Below are positions 35,907 through 47,425 of a DNA stretch of 64,000 nucleotides, one piece after another; the first letter of the stretch is position 1, and each line of letters starts with the position of its first letter. This DNA is from Patescibacteria group bacterium (GTDB lineage: Bacteria; Patescibacteriota; Patescibacteriia; UM-FILTER-42-10). The stretch covers positions 7,286 to 71,285 of the forward strand of contig JBAYKW010000006.1 in NCBI GenBank assembly GCA_041664365.1, read 5' to 3'. The notes under the pieces were generated by a model. The model worked only from the letters and a program-made list of their open reading frames with translations, had not been told where the DNA came from and did no database searches. A program made the position numbers and the translations under genes.

Positions 35907-38900
35907 ATGAAAAGTCTCAAAAAACTCGCCAAGTTTGGTGGTATCAGTTTTTTTGCGGTTGCATTACTTCTTTCCGGAGCGAATATTGCTGCTGCGGAAG
36001 ACTATCAAGATCCCCCTATAGATACGCGTGTCACTTCATTCACTGTTACTCCCGAATCGACGGCATTGGGAGCAACTACCACCTACAACATCAGTCTTAC
36101 TTTAAATACGGCAGTAGCGGAGATACCGCTTTGGACCAGCGGGACGGGTGTGCCATTAGGAATAAGTTTTAATACCAGCGGGGGATGTCCACCCGAAGTA
36201 GATTGGCAAGCCTGCGGAGTTGATTTATCAAATGCCGCAATCTCAGGCTTAGCTGGAAGTGTTATTCCTGATAGTTCTCAAAATTATATTTATTTTTTCG
36301 CCGATGATTCTCTGTCCGCCGGGACAATTAATTTCTCTATTACAGGTGTAAAGAATCCTTTATACGGTGGCGGTTTATTCTTCGGTAAAATACAAATTCA
36401 GTCACCGCAGTTGCCACCGGGAGAAATGTGGCCGGAAGCGACTTCACCTAATTTTATTTTGGGAGCCGTATCATTTTACGGCAAGGTGCTGACTCCGAGT
36501 GGAACTCCGATTAACGGAGTCGGTGTCAATGTACGCAATGATAACTTTTCGGTTAACAATAGCTCCGGCGCTGACCCGGACGGAAATTTTGCAATTCCTT
36601 CCACGGGTATGACAGCAGGCGGTGCATATTTTATTGAAATATGGCTGCCGAACGGTACTCAAGGATATATTGCTCCAAATGCCATTCAAAAAACTTATTC
36701 TGGTTCAGCGGAAAACGTCGGAACTATTACATTGGCTGTCGCATCAAAAACAATTACGGGAACGGTTAGTTATGACACCGGCGGAGCGGTGACAACAGCA
36801 AGTGTCAGAGCCTGGAATAATAATGGGGCAAGTTCCCAGGCGGATGTAAATGCTAGTGGTCAATATACTATGACAATCGGCGGTGGAACTTGGGAGCTGA
36901 TGATAGACAAGCAGTATGGACCAAATGGACCAGTAGAAACAGACTGGGTATATAATAATCAGCAAAAACAACAGATATCATTCGCAGACAATAATAGTAC
37001 TGAAGCACAAACAGTTAATTTTTCAGTGCAAAAAACAAACGCGGTTATTAAAGGATGCGTAAAAACTCCTGATGGCAATAAACTTCAAGGAGGCTGGGTG
37101 GACATCCGGTCCGGTGAGGGACAGGGAAACGGTGCCGGTATCGACGGTCAATCCGGTTGTTTTACTGCCAATGTCAAAGACGGGTCTTACAAGTTACAGG
37201 TATTTCCTAATAATCAGGATCCGAGCATGGCTAGATTCTATCTTCCTGAAAGAGATATATCAGTTGGAAATGGAGAAACTGTTAATCTTGGTAATCTGGT
37301 AATGCAAGAGAAAACTTCCCAAATTACCGGTAAGGTATCATTGCAGGATGGAACGGGTGTCGAGGGTATCCGAATCGGTTGTTGGCAGAATAACGGTTCC
37401 GGGTGGGGCGAAGCACAATCCGGTACAGACGGAACTTATTCTCTCTGGTTATCGCCGGGGAAATGGCAATGTGAGGCACAAACCTGGGGTGATTCCTTAT
37501 ATATTCCCATCCGCACAAGCGGTCCGATGAGCTTGTATGAATTAAATGCTAATCAAACAATCACTGGAGTAAATCATTTAGTCCAGATGGCGGATGCTAC
37601 ATTGACAGTAAAAACAGTTGATAAAGACGGCAAGGCAATTTCCGGCAATGCCTATGGCTGGGCTTATGCCAGAGTCAAAGGTTCAGGATATGAAAAGGGT
37701 TCAGAATTTGGCGGTAATCTTGATCGGGGTACAGCAAGTATTAAACTGATCGGCGGTAGTACATTCATTGTCGGTGCAAACATGCCACCGGACCAGGGCG
37801 GATATTTGCTTGATAAAGAAGTGGAAATTGCCGTTCCAAAAAACGGATCAAAAGAAGTAACGCTTACGTTGATTGTACCGGATGCCGAAATTTACGGATT
37901 CCTGAAAGATCAGGACGGCAAAGTGATAACCGGTGTTGAGGCTGATATATATGCCAACGTTGCGGATAAGATGGGTCCGAACAGTAATCCCGGTGCCTTT
38001 GCCAGAGTGAATACGAAAGACGGCAGTTATAGCCTGAAAGTACGCGGAGGATATAAATATGTTGTTGGATATTGGTTCCAGATGAACGACCAATTTGTTC
38101 AGACTCATCCGGATTATTCTCCATTTACGGTTTCAGTAGGCGGGCGAGTACCAAAAATCCTTACCGCGTTCCGTGCTAATTCGTCTGTTGATGTGACACT
38201 GCTCGATCCGAACGGCAAAAAAATTGATTTTGGATTTGTTTGGTGTTCTAATCAATTTTCCATGAAAGATAAAGTACGAGGGGATTTCGAGGGCGGTAAA
38301 GTAATTGAAGCGGGTGGTGATGTAAGAAATGGAATAGCGCATATTCCGCTGATCTCCGGCGAATATGAATGCGGAGCAGGTATGAAAAGCGGAGACAATT
38401 CCTATATGCCTCCGGAAAATGAAGCCATAAAACTGAAGTCCGGTGATGCTAAAAAAATATCATTAGAATTTCGTAACGCAGACGCCACGCTGTCAGGGTT
38501 AGTAACGCGTGATGATGGCGGTGCAGTGCCTTTCGGCTGGTGTCATGCCTGGCAGAATGAGGGTGGATTTTCAGGTGCCGAAGTGTTTGATGGTACGACC
38601 AGCATACCTCTGACAATTGGAACATGGTATGTCGGATGTGATTCAAAAATTGATGATTCCGATAAATTTTTCCGATCGGATGAAATGCAGGTAGTTGTTT
38701 CTGAAAAAGGAAAATTAAGCAAAGATTTTGTTCTGTCTGAAGCATCGTTCAGTATCCCGGAAGGATTGACCGTAGTCTTTGATTCAACAACACTGAAAAC
38801 TATTAATCTGCCGGACGGCACAAGCCTTTCTATTCCGGCAAATGCGCTGGCCACTGAGGGAGACGTCACAGTAATTGCTACGCCGAATGTGAATGTGTTC

Positions 38901-40268
38901 CAGACATCAGACACCAAGATTCCGTTCTATGCCTGGGACTTTGAGGCGCTTGATAGCAGTCAGCAACTGATAACTGAATTCAACAGTAATGTAACTATTT
39001 CCATTCCATATGATCAGGATATTCTGGAGGAATTGGGGATTGAAGAAGAAGGATTAGTCGCAAAGTATTACGATGACACTGCGGGTTCCTGGAAATTGCC
39101 GACCGGCGTTTCCCTGGATACGGAGGGTAATGTAATTGTCGTCCAGGTAAATCACTTTACAAACTACGCGGTTACAACGGGTGAATCCGTAGGTTCTGCA
39201 TCCGCTGAGAACGGTCCGTTTAACCTGGTTGCCACTCCAATGTCAGAAGGCGGTCCGCAGGTTGGCGTCTTCGATAAGGACGGCAACATGATCGCAACCT
39301 GGTTTGCTTATTCCTCTACACTGCGGATGGGTTTAACCACTGAAGTTGCTGATCTGGACGGGGATGGTAATCCGGAAATAATCACGATTCCGGGTGAAGG
39401 ATTTGACGCTCAGTTGCGTGTGTTCGATAAAAATGGAAACGTGTTGAGCCAATTTATGGCATATCCAACAGGATTCAGAAATGGTGTCAGCGTAACCGCA
39501 TATGATTTGGATGGCAACGGTGAAAAAGAGATTATTACTGTTCCCAAAGACGCGGCCGCTGATGTAAAAGTATTTGATCGTGACGGTAAACTGCTGGCCC
39601 GCTTCAATGCTTATGGTTCAGAATTTACCATGGGGGCAGAAGTTGAGGCAATGGATCTGGACGGTGATGGACAGGGTGAGATTGTCGCATATCCGACAGC
39701 CGGTTCCGGACAAGTTCGGGTATTCGACAAAGACGGCAATGTTGTAACTCAATTCAATACTTACGGTGAAGGTTATCGTAATGGCATTCACGTTACTCTT
39801 TCTGATCTGAATGGTGACGGTACGGTTGAAATTATTACTTCAACTAAAGACACTGTCGCACATGTTAAAGTATTCAACAAAGACGGCGGTCTTCTGGCCC
39901 AGTTTATGGGTTATGCCGCAACCTTTGTCGGCGGTACCAAAACCTATACCGGTGATGTTGATGGTGATGGTGACAAGGAAATAGTGTTACTGCCGGACAC
40001 CAATGGTTCCGCTCAAGCCAGAGTATTCGACAAAGACGGCAACCTGCTATCCCAATTCTTCGCCTACCCTTCAGACAGTAAAGGATCTTTCTCTGCCGCT
40101 GTCGGTGATCTGGACGGTAACGGAGTTGCTGAAATAAGCTTTGGTCCGGGATCAGGGCTGGGACCGCAAGTACGCGTATTCGACAAAGACGGCAATGCAC
40201 TGTCCCAGTTTTTCTCACTGCATTCCGGGTACCGTGGCGGTATCAATCTGTCGTTGATTAATCAATAA
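35907..40268 (+). CDS. Large secreted surface protein with carboxypeptidase-regulatory-like beta-sandwich repeats and a C-terminal FG-GAP/VCBS propeller
   Basis: Signal peptide; ITGTVS/ITGKV repeats; about 7 DLDGDG...EI...VRVFDKDG repeats. Confidence 0.85.
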   Translation: MKSLKKLAKFGGISFFAVALLLSGANIAAAEDYQDPPIDTRVTSFTVTPESTALGATTTYNISLTLNTAVAEIPLWTSGTGVPLGISFNTSGGCPPEVDWQACGVDLSNAAISGLAGSVIPDSSQNYIYFFADDSLSAGTINFSITGVKNPLYGGGLFFGKIQIQSPQLPPGEMWPEATSPNFILGAVSFYGKVLTPSGTPINGVGVNVRNDNFSVNNSSGADPDGNFAIPSTGMTAGGAYFIEIWLPNGTQGYIAPNAIQKTYSGSAENVGTITLAVASKTITGTVSYDTGGAVTTASVRAWNNNGASSQADVNASGQYTMTIGGGTWELMIDKQYGPNGPVETDWVYNNQQKQQISFADNNSTEAQTVNFSVQKTNAVIKGCVKTPDGNKLQGGWVDIRSGEGQGNGAGIDGQSGCFTANVKDGSYKLQVFPNNQDPSMARFYLPERDISVGNGETVNLGNLVMQEKTSQITGKVSLQDGTGVEGIRIGCWQNNGSGWGEAQSGTDGTYSLWLSPGKWQCEAQTWGDSLYIPIRTSGPMSLYELNANQTITGVNHLVQMADATLTVKTVDKDGKAISGNAYGWAYARVKGSGYEKGSEFGGNLDRGTASIKLIGGSTFIVGANMPPDQGGYLLDKEVEIAVPKNGSKEVTLTLIVPDAEIYGFLKDQDGKVITGVEADIYANVADKMGPNSNPGAFARVNTKDGSYSLKVRGGYKYVVGYWFQMNDQFVQTHPDYSPFTVSVGGRVPKILTAFRANSSVDVTLLDPNGKKIDFGFVWCSNQFSMKDKVRGDFEGGKVIEAGGDVRNGIAHIPLISGEYECGAGMKSGDNSYMPPENEAIKLKSGDAKKISLEFRNADATLSGLVTRDDGGAVPFGWCHAWQNEGGFSGAEVFDGTTSIPLTIGTWYVGCDSKIDDSDKFFRSDEMQVVVSEKGKLSKDFVLSEASFSIPEGLTVVFDSTTLKTINLPDGTSLSIPANALATEGDVTVIATPNVNVFQTSDTKIPFYAWDFEALDSSQQLITEFNSNVTISIPYDQDILEELGIEEEGLVAKYYDDTAGSWKLPTGVSLDTEGNVIVVQVNHFTNYAVTTGESVGSASAENGPFNLVATPMSEGGPQVGVFDKDGNMIATWFAYSSTLRMGLTTEVADLDGDGNPEIITIPGEGFDAQLRVFDKNGNVLSQFMAYPTGFRNGVSVTAYDLDGNGEKEIITVPKDAAADVKVFDRDGKLLARFNAYGSEFTMGAEVEAMDLDGDGQGEIVAYPTAGSGQVRVFDKDGNVVTQFNTYGEGYRNGIHVTLSDLNGDGTVEIITSTKDTVAHVKVFNKDGGLLAQFMGYAATFVGGTKTYTGDVDGDGDKEIVLLPDTNGSAQARVFDKDGNLLSQFFAYPSDSKGSFSAAVGDLDGNGVAEISFGPGSGLGPQVRVFDKDGNALSQFFSLHSGYRGGINLSLINQ

Positions 40269-40303
40269 ATTTAATTCTTCTCTAAGAAGAGAGAATCTAG
40301 AAA

Positions 40304-40335
40304 TAAAAATCCTCCGCAAAGCGGAGGGTTTTTAT
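40304..40335. terminator. Bidirectional terminator
   Basis: taaaaatcctccgc-aaa-gcggagggtttttta. Confidence 0.75.
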
Positions 40336-40411
40336 TATATAAGCATTTAAAAATAAAAAGTGGCCTGATAGATAAAGTCTCTACCAGGCCCACGAACTAT
40401 TGCGTACTGGG

Positions 40412-40933
40412 TTATTTCCCGAACAGCTTCTTGCGAAGCTCGTAGCTTTTCCCAGCAATACCATAGAAGACCACGTCTGCCATGATCTTCCCAACGAACA
40501 CTCCGACAAGCGGATTGCCGAAGAGTTTTTGCGCGCCGAGCATGCAGGCCGGCCGGATCAGCGAGCTGTCGAAGAACTCGGCGGGGCCGAATTCCAAGAC
40601 CAGGTTCCGGATCGTCCGCCAGATGATGCGCAAGAACGAGATGTCGTCCTTGCGGTGAAGACGGATCTCCCGAACGAAGGCGAATCCGTAGAATCCGACG
40701 TTCTCGCCAGCAGTGCCGGCGTAGGCGGTCGTGATCGGATTCGATGTGGACTGCTGGGCAATCAAGGCGCCAAGCATTGCCGTGATTGTTCCGCAAACCT
40801 CCTGCCAGCCATAGCGCTTAACCAGCATGATCAGGAACTGCCTGGTCTTGTATGGCATTGCTCGCAGAAATCGGACAGTTTGTTCAGCCGTCCCAAGTAA
40901 CCACCTGGTCAGCCCGTGCCTTAGTTTTGGCAC
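40412..40933 (-). CDS. GC-rich hypothetical membrane protein
   Basis: EFGPAEFFDS..IRP and GKIMADVVFY motifs; own TTGACA promoter at ~41028; start uncertain. Confidence 0.7.
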   Translation of the reverse strand: MPKLRHGLTRWLLGTAEQTVRFLRAMPYKTRQFLIMLVKRYGWQEVCGTITAMLGALIAQQSTSNPITTAYAGTAGENVGFYGFAFVREIRLHRKDDISFLRIIWRTIRNLVLEFGPAEFFDSSLIRPACMLGAQKLFGNPLVGVFVGKIMADVVFYGIAGKSYELRKKLFGK

Positions 40934-41129
40934 TTCTCTCTCCTTAGGAAGGAGCAGTCCTAATTGTTAAATAGGGGTTCTACCCTATATTAACCAAACA
41001 ATATATCAGATATCCATGCAAATGTCAATACCAGTGGAGGTAAAAAATTAATTATGAGATTAGATTGGAAATATTATTTTTAATTGGAATATGTCGATTT
41101 TTTAAAAAAAATGTGTTAGACTGTAATAT

Positions 41130-42119
41130 ATGAAAGAAAAGAAATATATTTTTAGTGGCATTCAACCTTCGGGAGCAATCCATATAGGTAACTATTTTGG
41201 TGCTATAAAGCAGTGGGTTGAACTGCAAAAAGAATATACTGGGATTTTTAGCATTGTTGATTATCATGCCATTACGGTTGATTATGATCCGCATAAGCTC
41301 CAGAGGCGGATTTTAGAAGCGGCAGCAGACTATATTGCTGCCGGAATCGATCCTAAGAAAAGTATGATCTTTGTGCAATCAGATGTTCCGGAACATGTGG
41401 AACTGGCGTGGCTTTTTAATACTATTCTGCCGGTCTCTGAATTACGCCGTATGACTCAGTACAAGGAAAAATCCGGACAACAGCAGTCAGCAAGCGCGGG
41501 ACTTTTAAACTATCCTATCCTGATGGCGGCGGATATTCTGCTGTACAAAGCGATAGGCGTTCCGGTTGGAGAAGACCAGATTCAGCATGTAGAATTAACC
41601 CGTACGATTGCCCGAAATTTCAACCGGAAATTCGGCAAGGTATTTATTGAGCCGAGCGTGATTCTGTCGCGCGGGTCACGGGTAATGTCCTTGTCGGACC
41701 CCAAGAAAAAAATGAGCAAAAGTTTAGGTGAGAAACATTACATCGCGCTTTCTGATAGTCCCAGCGTGATGCGTAAGAAGTTTATGAGTGCGGTTACAGA
41801 TACAGGAGTAACAATGCACGAAAACAAAAAAAGCCCCGGGGTTTATAACCTTTTTGAATTGCTGGAACTGATGACGGATGCGCAGACTGTAGCGGGATTT
41901 GAAAAACAATATCAAACCGGCAGTCTTTCTTATAGAGATTTGAAAGAAACACTCGGTAATGCGGCGGTTGCGATGTTTGCGCCTTTCCAGAAAAAAAGAG
42001 CAGAATTATTATCGGACGAAAAAAAGCTGAAGAAGATATTGGCAGACGGTGCAAGTAGGGCGCGAAAAATCGCTCAAAAAACTTTACTTGAAGCAAAACA
42101 GAAGATGGGGATTGCCTAG
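41130..42119 (+). CDS. trpS: Tryptophan--tRNA ligase
   Basis: SGIQPSG..HIGNY, YPILMAADIL, VPVGEDQ, KMSKS. Confidence 0.98.
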   Translation: MKEKKYIFSGIQPSGAIHIGNYFGAIKQWVELQKEYTGIFSIVDYHAITVDYDPHKLQRRILEAAADYIAAGIDPKKSMIFVQSDVPEHVELAWLFNTILPVSELRRMTQYKEKSGQQQSASAGLLNYPILMAADILLYKAIGVPVGEDQIQHVELTRTIARNFNRKFGKVFIEPSVILSRGSRVMSLSDPKKKMSKSLGEKHYIALSDSPSVMRKKFMSAVTDTGVTMHENKKSPGVYNLFELLELMTDAQTVAGFEKQYQTGSLSYRDLKETLGNAAVAMFAPFQKKRAELLSDEKKLKKILADGASRARKIAQKTLLEAKQKMGIA

Positions 42120-42125
42120 TTAAAA

Positions 42126-42160
42126 TACAAAGAGACGCTTTATCAGCGTCTCTTTTTGTT
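42126..42160. terminator. Bidirectional terminator between trpS and murI
   Basis: aaagagacgct-ttatc-agcgtctcttttt. Confidence 0.75.
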
Positions 42161-42193
42161 TCCAGTTTTTACTTTTAATATTGAGTTTCAGAA

Positions 42194-43003
42194 TCAGCCC
42201 AGTCCTATCGTTTCTGCATTTATTTTTCTGCCTAAGTATTTTTGTGCTGCCGATTCAAACCTGGCGCTGTTTTCAGTAGTATAAAAAATTCTTTTTGGCG
42301 GTTGTGTTTGAGACGGTTTTGCAAATTGCGGATGCTTTTGTAGGTAGATTGCCAGTTTTTCGGCTACAATTTTTCCACTGTCCAAAACTTTAGCTCTTTT
42401 GCCGAAATAGTTTTGAATATCCTTCTGCAGCCAGCCATAATGCGTACAGCCCAAGATAACCGTATCAGGCTGGTAATTTTTCAACGGTCTGATATATTTT
42501 TTCAAAATCATTTTTGTCTCCGGACGTTTTTCCCAGTTTTCTTCAATTAGAGGCACTAGTAGTGGGCAAGCTTGCTGGACTACTTTAATTTTACGGTCTT
42601 CATTCTGCAATTCCCTGACATAAGATTTTGATTCTACTGTACTGCGGGTACCCATAACTGCTACCATCTTTTTTTTGGTTGTAATTGCCGCCTCTTCAGC
42701 CAGTGGCCTGATTACACCCAGGACGTTTTTGTCCGGATATTTTTTCGGTAAGTATTCCTGCTGCAGTTTTGGCAGTGCTTCAGCAGAAGTAGTGTTGCAG
42801 GCCAATATAATCAAATCACACCCTTGGGCAAACAGAAAATCCACAGCTTCTCTAGCATATTGATAGATTACTTCCTGACTGCGATTGCCGTACGGAGTAC
42901 GGGCGTTATCGCCGAGATAGATATAATCATATTGCGGCAGGGTTCCCTCTATATTTTTATAGATTGTCAGCCCACCAAATCCTGAATCAAAGATTCCTAT
43001 CAT
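42194..43003 (-). CDS. murI: Glutamate racemase
   Basis: IGIFDSGFGGLT, ACNTTS, LGCTHY. Confidence 0.97.
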   Translation of the reverse strand: MIGIFDSGFGGLTIYKNIEGTLPQYDYIYLGDNARTPYGNRSQEVIYQYAREAVDFLFAQGCDLIILACNTTSAEALPKLQQEYLPKKYPDKNVLGVIRPLAEEAAITTKKKMVAVMGTRSTVESKSYVRELQNEDRKIKVVQQACPLLVPLIEENWEKRPETKMILKKYIRPLKNYQPDTVILGCTHYGWLQKDIQNYFGKRAKVLDSGKIVAEKLAIYLQKHPQFAKPSQTQPPKRIFYTTENSARFESAAQKYLGRKINAETIGLG

Positions 43004-43015
43004 ATTTTTCCTTCT

Positions 43016-44503
43016 TTATACCCAACCTAATCGTCCGGTCAGGCTCATTACTTCTTTTCTGTCTAATTTGTCTTCAATCTCCGGGAACTGTTCCAGGAAA
43101 TCGGCAACAACATTTTTCATTTCGATAACCCGCTCCTTAGTATCTGCTTCAAAACGGACAGTAAGATACGGGCTGGTGTTGGATGCGCGAACGATCGCCC
43201 AGCTTTTATCATCAAAACTCATTCTTACGCCGTCGATTGTGATCGTTTTATATTGTTTGGAGAAATGCACCTGCACTTTTTTGATCACATCGAATTTAAC
43301 TTCATCAGCGCAGGGCAGTTTGAGCTCGGTAGTTCTGACAGTAACCGGGAAGTCTTTAAACAATGCGGAAAATGGCTCATTCGACTCCGCCAGCAGTTCC
43401 AGAATTCTGGCACCGGCATACATACCGTCTTCACTTCGGAACAGTTCTTTAACAAAATAGATGTGTCCGGATACTTCTCCGCCGAAGATGATATCGGGAT
43501 CCTTCCGGAACGTGTCTTTGATCGGCGCATGACCGGTAATATGCATCAGTGGTATTCCCCCGAATTTTGGAATCAGCTCTTCCATCAACCTGGTGCACTT
43601 AACATCATACAAAATTTTCTTTCCCGGATCGGTTTTCAAAGCTTCCCGCGCGAGCAGGAGAATCATCATATCGGTATCAACATATTCGCCGTTTTCATCC
43701 ACGAATCCTACCCGGTCGCCGTCCGCGTCCAGTCCGATCCCGCAATCCGCTTTCGTTTCCACGACTTTTCTGCCCAGCTCCTCCATATTGTTCGGCATTT
43801 CCGGATCCGGCACATGATTCGGGAAGGTCGCGTCCGGTGTGGTGTATAGTTCCACAACTTCGCAGCCGAGTTTGCGGAAAAACTGCGGGGCAAAAAGACC
43901 GGCACTGCCGTTACCGCAGTCAATTACAACCTTCAGTTTACGTTTAATGTTCAGTTTTTTTGTCATGAATTCCTCGTAATCCGGATATACTTCTTTCTTT
44001 TTCAGTACACCTTTTTCCGCCTGGATAAAGTCCTCTTTTTCCACCATTTCTCTGACCACCTGCAGTTCATCACCATAGATTGGCAATACACCCTTGCCGT
44101 TCATTTTAAAACCGTTATAGAAATATACGTTGTGACTACCTGTAACATTTACCCCGCCGTCAAATTCGTAAAAACCGTTGGCAAAATAAACCAGGGGAGT
44201 CAGCGCGATGCCGACATCGGTAACATCGCACCCGGTGGAAAGAATACCGTTAATGAACCCTTGAGTCAGTTCGTTGGAAAACGGGCGCAGTTCCTGCCCG
44301 ACCACGATATTTTTGCCGTTATATTTTCTTTGGATATAAGTTCCGTAAGCTTTGCCCAGTGCTTCGGCTACTTCCAGCGTAATATTAATCCCCGGGAAAG
44401 GGCCGTACCATTTTTCAAACTCTGCGATTGCATCTTTAGAAAATTCTTTTCCCGCGATGCCACGGATATCATACAGGCGGAAGATTGTTGGTGATACATT
44501 CAT
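43016..44503 (-). CDS. Phosphomannomutase/phosphoglucomutase
   Basis: FRLYDIRG, TGSHN, DADGDR, GEVSGH, RASNT. Confidence 0.95.
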   Translation of the reverse strand: MNVSPTIFRLYDIRGIAGKEFSKDAIAEFEKWYGPFPGINITLEVAEALGKAYGTYIQRKYNGKNIVVGQELRPFSNELTQGFINGILSTGCDVTDVGIALTPLVYFANGFYEFDGGVNVTGSHNVYFYNGFKMNGKGVLPIYGDELQVVREMVEKEDFIQAEKGVLKKKEVYPDYEEFMTKKLNIKRKLKVVIDCGNGSAGLFAPQFFRKLGCEVVELYTTPDATFPNHVPDPEMPNNMEELGRKVVETKADCGIGLDADGDRVGFVDENGEYVDTDMMILLLAREALKTDPGKKILYDVKCTRLMEELIPKFGGIPLMHITGHAPIKDTFRKDPDIIFGGEVSGHIYFVKELFRSEDGMYAGARILELLAESNEPFSALFKDFPVTVRTTELKLPCADEVKFDVIKKVQVHFSKQYKTITIDGVRMSFDDKSWAIVRASNTSPYLTVRFEADTKERVIEMKNVVADFLEQFPEIEDKLDRKEVMSLTGRLGWV

Positions 44504-44551
44504 ATTTTTTCGGATAAAATATGGCCGAGAAATTCCCGGTCATATTACTGA

Positions 44552-45757
44552 TTATTTATTGCTTTCTGCTAAGTATTGCTTTTTGGTTTCGATGATTGCC
44601 CCGAATGCCCAAATTGCTGTCAGTATATTGATGAACCATCCGATTATCGGGATAGAAGTGATTACATAAACAAATGTAACGCCGATAATCATGGCGAGTA
44701 ATAAAGAAAATGATTTGTCTTTTTTCTTCTTACCTTTAATATTCAGCAGCGCCCAACGGCCGATAAACAGTCCGACAAATATTTTACTGACGTATAATAG
44801 AATCATATAGATGACCATTACGATTATGGACAGCGGTATCCCGATAACAGTAAACAGCAGTATAAAGCATGCAATCGGAACTGTAATAACCAGTACTATC
44901 CCCCAGCCGAAACTTTTCAACGGCTCGGTTTGCATATAGTCTATTACTCTTACACTGCCTTTTTTCAGCATTGAAATAATAATCAAACCCACGATGAACA
45001 AACCGAAGATGCTGGTGATTTTAAAGAATGCCCCAGTTATTCCCGCGAGTTTAAAAAAGTCACTTTTATTGATCGGTTCTATGATTGATTCTTTTTGAAT
45101 TATTTCTCCGCCGACTACAGCCAGATCGGAAACATTCGGCTTATTTATACTTGAGTAGGAAAGATTACCGGCAATGTTTGCTTTTTCGGTCAAAGTGATA
45201 TTTCCATTTTCATCATTGGTATAAATATTCGCATTGCCACCGATTTTTGCGGCAATATAACTGGTGCTCGCTCCTCCGTCCACATGTCCGCCTACAGTGC
45301 CTTTCAGATTCATAGTTTCTGCGCCATACACCAGGCTCCAGCCGATTGAATTGGTCGGAGAAGTTGAAAAAGACTGGGCAAGCACATTGGTGTTTTTTCC
45401 GATTACCGCGTCTAGATTTACTGTGCTGCCGGCAACTCGGACATTCCCCATTACTTCGCCTTTGATGTTAATCGTGTTTCCCGCGGCAATCACATCACCC
45501 TGCACTACAGAATTAATAGTGATAGTAGTCCCGGCTACGATTATGTCGCCGTTAACCGGACCGTTGATTTCAATGTTTTCTCCAAAGCCGACAAAATTGT
45601 CATTAATTGTCTGATCCGAACCGATATAAATGTCTTTTTGGGTAAACATTTGCGTATCGGTAAATGCGGCAAGAGAAGTTTGGGGCTGGCTGAAAATAAT
45701 ACCCAAACTGGCTATAAAAACGACCGCAATTATAGAAAACCTTGTTCCACGTTTCAT
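44552..45757 (-). CDS. Membrane protein with bactofilin-like (polymer-forming) beta-helix
   Basis: I.G.V.GD..AG repeats followed by several TM helices. Confidence 0.8.
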   Translation of the reverse strand: MKRGTRFSIIAVVFIASLGIIFSQPQTSLAAFTDTQMFTQKDIYIGSDQTINDNFVGFGENIEINGPVNGDIIVAGTTITINSVVQGDVIAAGNTINIKGEVMGNVRVAGSTVNLDAVIGKNTNVLAQSFSTSPTNSIGWSLVYGAETMNLKGTVGGHVDGGASTSYIAAKIGGNANIYTNDENGNITLTEKANIAGNLSYSSINKPNVSDLAVVGGEIIQKESIIEPINKSDFFKLAGITGAFFKITSIFGLFIVGLIIISMLKKGSVRVIDYMQTEPLKSFGWGIVLVITVPIACFILLFTVIGIPLSIIVMVIYMILLYVSKIFVGLFIGRWALLNIKGKKKKDKSFSLLLAMIIGVTFVYVITSIPIIGWFINILTAIWAFGAIIETKKQYLAESNK

Positions 45758-45973
45758 ATTATAATATTAATGATTATACTCGCAATTATTGTAGCATTTT
45801 TCATTGGATTTATAAAGAGATCCAGGGGTGTTTGAATAATGTTTATAGATGTGCTAGCCTGGTAAGACAAACATGATCTAATTTTTCAACAATTTTCCAT
45901 AAACCTTCGCCTTATCTGCGCGCGGGTTTTATTTATTGCATTTTTAAGATATTATTCAAGTGAAAGGAAAAAT

Positions 45974-47269
45974 ATGAATACAAATGATTTAAGGGAAACA
46001 GACAAAATAGTCGCAGAAACACTGGAAAAAGAGCTCAACCGTCAACGCAACGGAATAGAGCTGATTGCTTCGGAGAATTTTGTCTCCCAAGCAGTGATGC
46101 GGGCTCTAGGCAGTATCGGCACTAATAAGTACTCGGAAGGGTATCCCAATAAGAGATACTATGGCGGTTGTAAATATGTGGATGAAATAGAAAGCCTGGC
46201 GATTGAGCGGGCGAAAAAGTTATTTAATGTTGATCATGCCAATGTACAACCCTACTCCGGTTCGCCGGCCAACCTGGCGGTTTATTACGCATTGTTGAAA
46301 CCGGGCGATACTGTCTTGGGCGCCAAACTCTCCTTCGGCGGACACATGACCCACGGCTTGAAGGTAAATTTTTCCGGCACGATCTATAACTCGGTTAATT
46401 ATACTTCCGATCAGAACGGCTATCTGGATTTTGATGAAATCCGCAGTCTGGCCAAGGAGCATAAACCTAAACTGATGATTGCCGGTTTCACTGCCTACCC
46501 CAGAATTATTGACTGGGATAAATTCCGGGAGATTGCGGACGAAGTCGGTGCGTTTTTGCTGGCGGACATTTCCCATATTGCCGGACTGATCATCGGCGGA
46601 CAGCATCCTTCGCCGACCAGAATCGCGGATGTTACCATGACCACTTCACATAAAACTTTGCGTGGACCGAGAGGAGCGATGATTCTATCCAACGGCACAG
46701 TTTCCAATTCCAACAAACCGGTGGAGCTGACCAAGGAAAATATCCCGACGCTGATTGACCGGGCTATTATCCCTGGTCTGCAGGGCGGACCGCATAACCA
46801 TACGACAGCGGCGATTGCCGTCGCGCTCAAAGAAGCGATGCAGCCGGATTTCAAGGAATACGCGAAGCAGATTGTGTTGAATGCGAAAGCTTTGGCCAAA
46901 TCTTTAATGGATGAAGGTATGGAACTGGTGACCGGCGGAACGGACAACCACTTGATGCTGGTTGACCTGACTAAAACGGGTATCACCGGCAAGGAAGCCG
47001 AAGTGGCGCTGGGAGAAGCCGAGATCTTTGTAAACAAAAATACCGTTCCCCACGATCTGCGCAAACCAACTGATCCGTCCGGCATCCGTCTGGGCACTCC
47101 GGCACTAACTACCCGCGGACTCAAAGAAAAAGACATGGAAATGATCGGACAGTTGATTGCTAAGGTGATAAAAAATGCTAACGATTCATCAGTGAAGGAC
47201 GAAATAAAAAAACAGGTGAAGGAACTGATGGATGAATATCCTTTGTATGAAGGTTTGAGTTATATCTAA
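45974..47269 (+). CDS. glyA: Serine hydroxymethyltransferase
   Basis: [37 protein letters not shown]. Confidence 0.98.
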   Translation: MNTNDLRETDKIVAETLEKELNRQRNGIELIASENFVSQAVMRALGSIGTNKYSEGYPNKRYYGGCKYVDEIESLAIERAKKLFNVDHANVQPYSGSPANLAVYYALLKPGDTVLGAKLSFGGHMTHGLKVNFSGTIYNSVNYTSDQNGYLDFDEIRSLAKEHKPKLMIAGFTAYPRIIDWDKFREIADEVGAFLLADISHIAGLIIGGQHPSPTRIADVTMTTSHKTLRGPRGAMILSNGTVSNSNKPVELTKENIPTLIDRAIIPGLQGGPHNHTTAAIAVALKEAMQPDFKEYAKQIVLNAKALAKSLMDEGMELVTGGTDNHLMLVDLTKTGITGKEAEVALGEAEIFVNKNTVPHDLRKPTDPSGIRLGTPALTTRGLKEKDMEMIGQLIAKVIKNANDSSVKDEIKKQVKELMDEYPLYEGLSYI

Positions 47270-47425
47270 AAAGTAAATTCGAAATTACAATTCCTAAATA
47301 CGAAATAATATTCAAATTACAATAATTAAAACAACATACTCTTTAATTCTAGAGTATGTAAAATAAAAAATTGTAATTTGTGATTTATTTAGAAATTAGA
47401 ATTTTGATCTTAGGATTTGAAGCAT

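Noticed and set aside
45790-45973. ZTP or THF riboswitch upstream of glyA-folD
   Set aside because: Consensus motifs not found; only one weak hairpin
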